Shown in pieces: positions 12,288-23,321 of a stretch of 64,000 nt of DNA. Origin of the DNA: Mytilus californianus. Lineage: Eukaryota. Each line of letters opens with the position of its first letter. Position 1 is the stretch's first letter. The stretch is taken from NCBI RefSeq assembly GCF_021869535.1, contig NW_026262712.1, positions 27,404,001 to 27,468,000 of the forward strand, written 5' to 3'. The translations under genes were made by a program, and so were the position numbers. Below the pieces are notes generated by a model, which had not been told where the DNA came from, made no database searches, and was given only the letters and a program-made list of their open reading frames with translations.

Positions 12288-13967
12288 CTATTTTCTATCT
12301 ATTTTGTACAAAAATGCCTTTTCTTTGCTCTGTGCAACTAACAACATATCTCTTGTTTTGTCATAATGCAAGGCCTGTGCAACAGAAAGTCCGTCGCTAG
12401 AAAATAAAAGTATTCTATGCTGCTTACCACAAGGCGAGATAAGTACAACTGAATTATTTGATAGAACGAACAAAAAATCATCGTCATCTTCCGAGATTCC
12501 TAGGGGACGTTACAAAATATTTTCATCTTTAAAAGTCCATTTAAGGGCACCCTTGTTGTCACAGCATGTTACAGAATCGCCAAAAGTTGAAGTATAATGA
12601 ATATTCTTTCCATTTGTGTCAACATACGAAAACAACAAGTTTGCATTTGTAATGGTGTTAATAGTTTCAGTGTGAAGGTTTAACATCTTCATTTCTTATC
12701 CTGTATAAAATATCACGTGTCCGTTTCGTTCTACTAAACCATAACAGTTGGAATCCAATGGGACGAACTTCTTTATCTTCCTTTCCTGAATGTCGACAAT
12801 ACTGATACCAGTTTTACTGAAACTTGACGATACAATAACCGTGTTTTTTATTGTTCCATTTACAACATCAAATGCACCTGGTAAGTTAATTTCAAAATCT
12901 GTGGAACCGTCGGCTGTTATCAAAATTAACTTATTCCTGTCAATGCAGGTACACGCAATTCTACCATCCGGAAGAATACAGCAACCTCTTAAGTTCGTAG
13001 ATGTCGTATTTATCGTATCCTGCAACAGAGCTGTACTATTTTCAATAGTTTTTGTTCTTATTTTGGGAATAATTATTTGAGCTTGCTTTTTCTTTCTTTC
13101 TCGTTATGCAGCTTTTGTGGGCTTCAATACTACTGCTATTTCCCTAAATTTTTGTACCTTTTTCATGGTGGTTTCAACAGATACATTGATATTTGAAGTG
13201 ATGACTCTTATATTCACTTTGTCTCCGTCAAGGCATGATTGAGTGAACTCTTCTTCTTTAGCTAAATCCTGCTCTATTTGTTTTATTGACATAAATGCCT
13301 GGAGGTCAGAAGCATGCTGCGTGATATTTGCAATTGAATTCTGGTACTTTGTTAAATTATTCTCCTTTTCCTCCAATGTTTTAAGCAGCTGAGAAACTTT
13401 TCTTCTTTCTGTTTCCTCTACTTTTTGTAGTTCATCTTACAACTTCTTTTGTATTTGATTGAGATGGGTATCAATCTTAAAACGAATTTCCTGAATCTGC
13501 TTTTCAATCTGTTTTCTGTTTTCTGAAAGTGTAGTAATATTTCCCCTGAAGAATTTTTGTATTTCTTTAATATTATCTACAACTTCATTTAGTGTTTCCT
13601 CTATTTCTTGGAAAGAGGTGGAAGTCTTAGTTTTCTTGATTATGTCGTCGAGATTGACAACTTCATTGCATCCTTTATGAACTTCAATTGCATACTTACC
13701 ACAACATGGCATTCCGTGGTCTTTGCAGTATAAAAGAAACTTTTCATCATGCTTGGTACATGACTGAGGGATCTGTAAGACATCTTCGGGCAGTTTATGA
13801 TATTCAGTTATTGGTATCGTCTCTAAGTGTCTAGATACCTTTGCTAAGCTGTGATGTTCTCCACAACCAGAACAAAATCCTTCATCACACTCCGGGCACC
13901 AGGCTACGGATGGTTTGGTAATATGACGAAGATCACATATACCACAGACATGTGTTGCTCTAGCCAT
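12288..13967 (-). pseudogene. TRIM-like gene (two B-boxes, coiled coil, NHL-like beta-propeller), single coding exon, four in-frame TAA stops
   Basis: ORF pieces 13437-13967, 13104-13376, 12696-13025, 12510-12692 and 12288-12473 are all in one frame (1680 nt). N-term CGICDLRH..WCPECDEGFCSGCGEHH and CTKHDEKFLLYCKDHGMPCC are B-box-like; C-term LRGCCILPDGRI, RPLGISED and LHYDKTRDMLLV are propeller-like. Splice acceptor TTTTTATTTACAG (AG at 13986-13985) just upstream of the ATG. Confidence 0.85.
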
Positions 13968-16109
13968 TATCTTACTGGTTTATACTGTAAATAAAAAGTA
14001 CATTCGATATGGACATTTCTAAAGAATTAATGTCAGAAAAGAGAACTAAATTCCAAATACTCTCTTTCATATACTAGTTACATAAGATGCAATTCAACAC
14101 TGAAACATCAAAGACGGAAAGGAGTTTAAAGTTCTTTTATGTTGAGGATTTACTACAAGTATCACAATCCCTTATCATTGATCAATGATTTATGAAAATA
14201 AGTTCATGTTCTGATATACCCTTCCAGATGGACATGTTCATCTAACATTGACTATATGCTCAAATTTAATTGAATAATTGACCTATAACTTATAGTACTG
14301 CGATCTTATATTGTCATACAAACTTAACGTTATTTGATAAATTATGGAAATTAAGTCAGGTAAAGTAAAAATAAAAAGTCAGACACACATATACTCCTAC
14401 CATTTTATGGTACCATCAACTTATTAATACCAATATCCTGTTGAGTATTTATCAATGAACCAAATATAAACAATTTATCAATCTTAACACCAGTCTTGAA
14501 AGTATTGAACAAATAAATGCAAGCATATTGGAGTTAGTGCGCCATTGCTTATACATTATTTCAAATCTGACGGGACCGTAACTCTGTAATGACCACAAAA
14601 AAAACCCAATTAAAATAAAGAGGCAACCCTGTCTGTCAATCTAAATTTTACGGGAATTGATTAGAGTAAATAAGATATTTTGTACGAAGAAGTGTTGGAC
14701 ATTTGGACAGTCGGACTACGGTATACCATAATGCATCCTGTCTTAGACTGGTATTTAATACCACACATGATAAACCATACAAAGAAGGAATATAACACCT
14801 TCCACATATTTAAACAACCACATAAATCACATCTTAATTAAAAGTATGGTACTACGAAGCACTCTGAAGCTTTTTGGAAAGCTAAAACTTGTGCAGAATT
14901 GTGTTTCTGAAAACGCTAAAATGTTGTAGAAGAGAGGCAAAAGATACCAATCTCACAATTTGAAAAAAACTGACAACCCAATGTCATAAAAATAGAAAAA
15001 AGACCAAAAGACATAGAAATCATAATAAAGGGAAATAACCGTAGCAATGAAATGTCTGAAAATTTTGGTGGATAGTTTTGTTCTATACTTGATTAAATTT
15101 TAATAATATTACGCAATTATTTTCATTTATCCCTTTGTCGTGTTTCGTTATGTTGGCCTTGCAAGTTAATTGACTTTTATTTATCGTTTTAGTTGTTCGA
15201 ATTAATTTGGTTGTTTCAGGGCGTAATGGCTCGAGTAATGGGTAAATAATGGGTAAAACATAACATGTTAATTTTTAATGTCTAGTTAAGTCTTAATTGT
15301 TTTAATAGGTTCATCGAAAGAGATCTAAGAAAAAATGGCACGCGATCCGGTTCATGATTTTTGATTGATTTTTGATTGATGAAAGTGAAACAACATTCAT
15401 AAGTTTACCTACATGAACGACCGGTTTGCAAATTATTTAATAAATCAGGATAAAAATATGTCATGAGTATATGCACATCACATTTGAACCCCGGTAATAA
15501 CCTGAATCAAGCCGTATTTTAACACAAGCTGCGACACAAAAAGATACAAGACAAATTCTAACAAGGCCAAGGAGGACGAGGCAGAGATATAGACAAGGAA
15601 GGTAAACAGGTAAAAATAGAACTTGATCACGTGATTGTCTAGAAATATGGCTACAATACAAACTTGATTATGTTTAAACGGCGGTTCAATTCAAATTCTT
15701 TATAAAAATGAATATACACAATTACATTAATTAAACGAAAGTGTGCCATAATATTTACATACAGAAAAAAAAAATAACCGGGAAAAGTATAAAATAATGG
15801 AACAGTATACAATAACTGAAAATTGCTGATAAATTACTATACACTTATAATAGTTACAATCACCTACAAGGCCAAGTAAAAATACAAACTATTTCCCCAT
15901 TCTTTTGGTGAAGCAGTTTTATATTTTCTTATTTCGTAAGGCAAAGGATTAAAACTTGAAAGTTATACTAAATTTCGAAAACAGTTTTTTTCAGGGAACA
16001 ACCATTTTCAGGATAAAAACATTTAATTTAAAAAAAAGGAAAGGAGGGGTGGGGGGAGGGGGGTCGTATGTTAAGTGTTATTTGTATTTGTTTGACAATG
16101 TTTTCCATA

Positions 16110-16242
16110 NNNNNNNNNNNNNNNNNNNNNNNNNNNNNNNNNNNNNNNNNNNNNNNNNNNNNNNNNNNNNNNNNNNNNNNNNNNNNNNNNNNNNNNNNNN
16201 NNNNNNNNNNNNNNNNNNNNNNNNNNNNNNNNNNNNNNNNNN
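16110..16242. other. Assembly gap (133 N)
   Basis: Run of N. Confidence 1.
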
Positions 16243-17108
16243 CAAGTTATTGTTTTTTTAACCTGTCGAAATCGAATATTGTTTTTTAATGGTGAAAGTT
16301 AAAGGTGTATTGTGCATTTCAGTGAAATCTCTAGCAGCAAATAAAGCTAGTATAAACTTAAAACTTATATATCTTAAATGTGTGCAGACAGACATTGGGT
16401 ATGTAATTTAAATGGACAATGCTTTAAGCGGTCATTTCAGTACCAGAATCTAAGACAAACGAGACGATTTTGATTTTGAAATTATCAATTCCTCCCACCT
16501 AAAAAGCAATATACCAACTTCACCTGCATATGGGATATACATTTCCCGGCAACTCATTCGGCATACAAGAGCTTGCAGCTGCTACACAGACTTTATAAAA
16601 CGCCACCAGTGTCTGAGCAGAAAGTTGACGAACCAGGGTTATGTCAAAGAACGAACACTGTGCGGGACAAATTTGCCATTCCAGAATTGGCAAATCTGAC
16701 TTTGTCGGTTTACAAGATATCAAAAAAAAAAATTTTGCCCAGCGATAGATTATTAAAAGATTTAAAAAATCCCATATGTCCCAACTTGTCACTGTTGTCA
16801 CTGTTGTCACTGCAGCTGTTTTTAGTACATTTCCCATGGAAAATTTGAGAATTCCCATGGGAACATTTAAAGTTCCCAAGGGAAAAATTACTTTTCCCAT
16901 GGGAAGTTTAGAGTTCCCATGGGAACTACAATTTCCCATGGGAACATAAGTAAATTGTTTGTTCCAATGAGAAAAAAATCGTATAACACACAATTATGTA
17001 TTTCTACAATTTAGATACAAAAATATTTAACCCATGATAACTTAGTCAGTTTTGTGAAATTGCTTCATTCATGCAATGAGAGGAATTTCTTTTTATGTTT
17101 TTTTAATT

Positions 17109-17243
17109 ATTATATCACTTCCCATGGGAAAAATGATCGTTCCCATGGGAAAATATTTTTCCCATGGGAACAATATTTTTTCCCATGGTAACAATAATTT
17201 TTTGCATGGGAACGATCATTTTTCCCATGGGAAGTGATATAAT
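17109..17243. repeat. 135-bp inverted repeat built from TTCCCATGGGAA units
   Basis: Arm ATTATATCACTTCCCATGGGAAAAATGATCGTTCCCATG pairs perfectly with CATGGGAACGATCATTTTTCCCATGGGAAGTGATATAAT. Confidence 0.9.
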
Positions 17244-17321
17244 TACGATTTTTTCTCGGCATGTTTAATCGAAAATTAACCACTATGTCTCAAAGTGCAT
17301 ATTGAGTAATAAAAATTAAAC

Positions 17322-17531
17322 TACTGTAAATTCAGAAATTATTGCCATGTTTTTGTTATTACGAAAATTGTGACAGGGTTATAATCACAATAATTTAAAC
17401 TTGCATCTTGAAATTTTTTATATGAATTAAAAAGGATTTTTCTAAATATCGCAAAAAATAAAATCGCATTTTAGTCTGAAATGACAAAATAGCACTTATA
17501 AATGCAAGCAATTATTTCTGAATTTACAGTA
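17322..17531. mobile_element. TA-flanked MITE (Tc1/mariner-type ends), ~210 bp
   Basis: TACTGTAAATTCAGAAATTATTGC ... GCAATTATTTCTGAATTTACAGTA terminal inverted repeats; same end type as the MITE in the capsid gene. Confidence 0.75.
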
Positions 17532-19519
17532 TATAGTTTTGCATATGTCTTACACACATGGTCAAAGTTTTTCCATTTGAATGTTTTTATGTTTTTTCAT
17601 GCAGACCTTTTATAGCTGATATGTTTTGCTCAATGTTGAAGGCTGAATATCATTTCCAATTAGGCAAACATTACAATTCATATAACAAATAAGGCACTTC
17701 TGTTATAATGTTTAATCTTTCACTGACAATAACACCATCAAGTAAAATGTATGATCACAAAAAACATAAAATAAACATGTAGCAATAAAATATCTAAGGT
17801 CATAAGCAAGTGACAATTAACAGGTCTTGTATAAGAATATAACAAATCTACTTTTCTGAGATGTTTTATAAGGTTTAGAAAATTGGTTATGCCCTACAGC
17901 TTTCCATCCTGCTAAGGCTTAAGTATATTCTCTTTAACTGCAATAATTAAACCTTTATAACCTCTTAGATATATGCCATGTATTGACAGTTATCAGAAAA
18001 ATCTTACTTTAAATAACCTGATATTTTTACAACAAAATAGTATAACAAGAGTTCAAATGAAATAGCATGATGTCATCATAAAGTGAGAAATAGTAACTGT
18101 AAAAACATAAAATTTTATCATATGATTACTCATCAATTTAAGTGATAAAGAAAACTTTAAATTCTTTCATTTTCTTTTGGTTTTTAGTAAGTTCATACAA
18201 CAGCCCTAGTTTAATCTATCCTAGTATACCTAACAAACGTTACTAAATAAACTAACAAAAAACTGTTCTACAGAAGCATGAATTATACATAAAATAATAT
18301 AAAATTATTTATTTCTTAAGCAAAATAATATGAATGAAATGTTATGATCTAAAAAAAACCAGTTACAAATAACAGTATTTTACTGAATATCTATCCTTTA
18401 TCAACTAAATAAACATAAAAGCTTTGTTAGAAAATATTGTTGTTGTTTTCAACAAGGTTAAGATAGTACCGTTCACAACAAAAAAATGATAATCAGTTGT
18501 CTTATGAAAAGATATTTAAATATTTCTTATATAGTTAATGAATATTCAAATCTAGTCTGGAGACTTACACACTTTTTTCTCACTTCCTTGGCTAAATAAG
18601 TCATGTTTATAGGAAAGAAGATATTTTAGGAAACATTTCATACACCTCTTAACTAGATGCAATATTTTCACATGTATGTCATAACACAGATTGATATTTG
18701 GTGAAATTAATAGCTATATACAATTATCCAACATTAAAATAAAAAGGCAAAGAACATAAAACATAATAAAATAAAAGGCTTTGCTGAGCACAGCTTGATA
18801 TGACCGCAGAGGTCAAACCCTGAACAGTTTGGTCAAATTTCAACACTATATTCAAGCTTGAAATTGTCTGAATTCAGATTGTGATTAATTTTTGACATAA
18901 TAAAGGTTTCTGACACAAAATAAATGTGGTCAAAGATCTTAAAAATCTATTTCACAATACTGTGCATTTGAAGATTTTTTCTTGAAACTTTTGAAAATAT
19001 TTAAAATTTGAAAAATTTTGAAAAAAAAAAATAATATGAAACCGCATAAAAAAATCACCCCCCCCCCCCCCAAATCCCAGTCTTCCCTTTGTAGTATGGA
19101 ACCTTGTAGTACAATTTAAAATATATCAATACACTTTACAGGCATTTTGGTTCTCGGACATAAAAAATAGGGAAAAAGAATCTTTCTATAGGAAACGGGC
19201 CTCGTTTGTAGTTGTTGTTCATATCTCTGTATAAACCTTTTTTACTATTTTTCCACTTTATACATGCATCAATAAATAATAATTATCTGATCCATGCAAT
19301 GCAATACCTATGAATACTTATTAAAACTGATGTTTTCAGAAATCTACCAGGTTTTTTTACTTGTCAATTTGAAAACAACAACACGTATTTAGTTATTTTT
19401 GGGTTAAAAAAATGAATGATTCAAATGATATATATTATAGAAAGTAAGTAATCATTTTAATCAATAAAAAAAGGTTAAGATTGACCAACAAATTTAAAAT
19501 TATCTTTATATTTTTATAG

Positions 19520-22500
19520 GAAGGTACGTTTGGAGGGACCTTCAGAGAGAGATTGTACGTAGCCACACTGCCACAGTCGTGTTTTGAGATTGTTAGCGAG
19601 CTAGAAGATAGTATGACCCAAGGGATGGTGAGGTCCTCGTATAAGACAACTCAACTGACAGGAGGCCTGTTCCAGTCATTTGTTGGCTTCAAAGAAGAGC
19701 GACCTGTGCGCTTTGCTCTACAGCAGTTGGTGAACGGCACAACTACAATGAAAGAATACAGGGAGAAAGGCAAGAGTTTAAAGGTAAAGATAAATAGATT
19801 TCAAATAGTGGACACACTGAAAATTTTGTAACAGTTGTCCACTAGCCTTGCTCATTTCCTATATAAGTACCTGATTGAAGTTTCTTTTAATAAATAACCA
19901 CAAAGCCTTTACGTGGTGTCTTGTTCCGTGTTCTTGTTCTGTCGTCTCTTGATAGCGTGCAAATAGAGGTCATAGTTTTGATCCCTGGACAGTTCAAACC
20001 TGTTTAACACTATGATAACTGTCTTGTTTTACAAACATAATTATTTGACTTAGTTTTTTTTTATAAAAAACAAAAGTAAACAGAGATGTTGGTACACATC
20101 TTTGAGGGCCACTAGACAATAAAATAAAGCTGAAAAGAAAGTCAAAATAAATAGCAAAAGTAAACATCTGATGTAATTGATCAGCCATAAGTCATTATCA
20201 AGACTCTGCTGATGTTATAAAAAAGAAGATGTGGTATGATTGCCAATGAGACAACTCTCCACAAGAGACCAATTGACACAGGAATTAACAACTATAGGTC
20301 ACCGTACGGCCTTCAACAATGAGTTTTGTTTATGAATCATTGTATTAATTGGTTGGAGGGGAACAATTATACTCCTTACAATTGACTGTATTTAAAACGT
20401 GTATATTAAAGTTATTTTCCTTCTTTCCAGCAATTTAGTTATTGATTGTCGTAACTCTTGCAGATTTTATTTTCAAATCTTCACCTATATAAGTGTACAC
20501 AATTAATATCAAAATATTAGTTACTTGCTTTTTCTGCATATTAAAACATTTATTTATTTGACAGAATACAAATTGCCTGCAAAATGATACAGAGGAGAGC
20601 AGACAGACTAGAGTATGTTTACTTTTAATTGTATAGTTACATCTAAACAGAAATATTAAACGCAAATAAAAAGAAAAAAACATTATTATTTTTCTAATTT
20701 CTAAGAAAAAACTTCTAAAAAAAAGTTGATAGAGGAGAACATTTATATTAGTTTTTTTTACTTTTGTCTTTCTTAAAAGTTTTGGGGTAATTTTGGAATT
20801 AAATGAAAGTTTAAGGACCTGTGATCACTGTTAATCCTAGCTTATTTTTTTGGTATGATAAAAAGTTGTGTGAAATTGAAATAAAAGGGCATATATTGCC
20901 TGTAGCTCAAATTGGGAGTACCTGCTTTTGTACTTTCTAGCTCATGGGAACCAGTGGGCTTATAAATGTTATTAGATGTATGGTAAAATTTTCTACACAA
21001 ACTACAATAAAAAAACTAATAAATATACAGAATTCTAACTTCTAAGAAAGAAAAGTTATAAAACTTGACATAATGGAACGCTGGAATATATCAACCAACC
21101 TAACGAATGAAAAAATACAACTTCCATATATATTCAAGAATTTGTAGGCACATTTTCTACAGAAAAATGAGGGTTAAACAAGGTTTTATAGCAAGCTTAA
21201 CTTCCTACTTGTACAAATATATTTGAAACATTAAACTTTTACTACAAACACCCAAGACAAAATATCATTGAATGCCTTAAATTGGTGAATTTATATAGTA
21301 AGCAAAGTAGCCATGAACTAGTAGATTGATACCTTAAACAATTAAGCAGATAACAGCAATGTTGTTAAGAATGCAGCAGCAAGGGGAGGAAATCATCTCA
21401 CTGAAAGCAGAAAATGGGATCTTAAAAGCTGAAAATGACAGACTCAAAACTTTATTGAGCGAGGTAAACATTGTCTTTTTTTAGTTAGTCTCTTATATTT
21501 TTTAAAACATTTTTTTAAGAAAAAACAATTTGCGTAACAGTTTAATGCATCCTTGTAAGAGAAATAAAATAAATTAATGTAAATTGAAATAGACTTATAT
21601 GGACAATCTTCTAAACTGTAAAATCAATATATGTAACTTAAAGAAATTATTTCAAGAACTTTCTTATAAACAAATTAATTGTGACCTTTTGTTTTGTGAC
21701 TTTTTTTTGCTTACCACTTTAGAATACCTTCAAAATATTTTACAAATCAGCATGCTACCATGAAATTTAAAGGTCTTAATTGAATTAGAGGTTTACCAAA
21801 AAAAGAAAATTGTCAAAAATATCTTACAAAGATATCTTTTAAACTCATTATTAACATCAAATCAACATAAAAGAACAGCCATTATATTTATTGATCATAT
21901 ATATAATAGGTTTGAACGTTGTTTTTAATTTAAACTTGTGTATATATTTTTTCGTTTGGGTGTATTATATTTGCCTTTCGGGTTTATATGATCCATTCAT
22001 CCTATTTCGACGATTCAAAATTCAAGAGTCTATCCTAAATTGAGGTAAAATATATGGTCTTCCAATTAACGTTTAGATTAGTAACATCACTGAAGAGACA
22101 TTAATTGTCGATATCAAATATATATACAAAAAAAAAGAATTGCAAAACTAAACCCATTTGGTACATGTCTTATCTATTATCGATATCAAATATGTATTTT
22201 ATTATGTTGAGAACTTATGTTTTTTATTTATATTTCAACAGGTAGAGCAGACCAATGCTTCCAATGAAGATGATGATACAGACAGTAACAAGGATGAGGT
22301 AATTGTTTTTTAATTCAACAGTTACAAGTATGAAATTTAACATGATTAGACTTATAGTTGTTGCTTTATCAATTTACAATATTTATGATTGAAAATGCAC
22401 CATTATCACTTACATATGACAATACTGTTTTCAAACAAGCATAGGATATTGTTGTACTTGTATGTTAATTAACAATAATATTAATATATCATATTTGATG

Positions 22501-23321
22501 ACTTTGTAATTGTTTTATAATTGTGAAAGGCAGAAATCTATGGGTTTTGAACTACCAGATACACCATTTCATCTTTTTTGTTTTTTAAATATTTTAAAAG
22601 AGTGAATCTAGTCATTTATTCTGTTTTATCATGCTTTTTAAGCCAGTCTGATAAGAAGTTAATTTTATCCTCTGAGTATGGTCAAAAACAATTGAAAATG
22701 TCTTGAAATTGAATGCCTTGGGTTTTTTTTATAGGATGAACTTGCAGTTGGCACAAAAATGTCTACAAGATGGTCAGATGGCAGTTTTTACAATGCTGTC
22801 ATCATCAGCAAGAGAAAAAATGGTAAGTTTTCATTGACAAAAACAAAACATCAATCAAACACAAAGATAATTTAAAATTTAATTGATGCAAAAGTTGAAC
22901 TTATGTCATTTAAATGGCTGATATGCATTAAGTGAATAAAAGCATAGGTGGTTTATGCATCAATGAGACAACAAAATATGAAAATTAGACATAATAATCC
23001 ATCGTAGCTTTTTCAACTAAATAAAATATTCAGTATGATACGCAAAGCTTCAAATCATCCTAAATCTCTTTACGAAATGAATGAAAACAAAATTTCTCCC
23101 AAGATCTGCCATTAAACATTATAAATAAATTTAAAACAATATTATTGAATATTAGAGAATTTATCAATATTTTAGTTTAAACAGTAACTCTGTTTTCTTT
23201 AACTTAATTCCTTAAATTATTACATATATTATTTGAAGTGTTCTCCTTTTCAGGTTATTATGTAAAGTATTCTGATGGGCGGAAGAAAGTTGTCAGTAGA
23301 CGAGACATCAAGATGTTATAA
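19520..23321 (+). CDS. Spliced transposon cargo gene (5' part missing or decayed): helical domain + coiled coil + acidic linker + C-terminal Tudor domain
   Basis: Exons with AG/GT borders: 19520-19783 (EGTFGG..GKSLK), ~21350-21463 (MLLRMQQQGEEIISLKAENGILKAENDRLKTLLSE), 22242-22298 (VEQTNASNEDDDTDSNKDE), 22735-22822 and 23254-23321, giving DELAVGTKMSTRWSDGSFYNAVIISKRKNGYYVKYSDGRKKVVSRRDIKML*. Phases 0/0/1 are consistent across the last three introns; AATAAA at 23453. Linkage of the 19520 exon to the 21350 exon is uncertain. Confidence 0.75.

Noticed and set aside
12288-13967. Alternative genetic code (TAA = Gln) or contaminant to explain the TRIM stops
   Set aside because: The gene itself and neighbouring genes end at TAA/TAG/TGA normally, and it is embedded in mollusc-type repeats.
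16520-16993. 157-aa and 91-aa ORFs with PMG repeats
   Set aside because: Products of the TTCCCATGGGAA subterminal array and the TIR; only the part before 16654 is real coding remnant (Penelope-like, in another frame).
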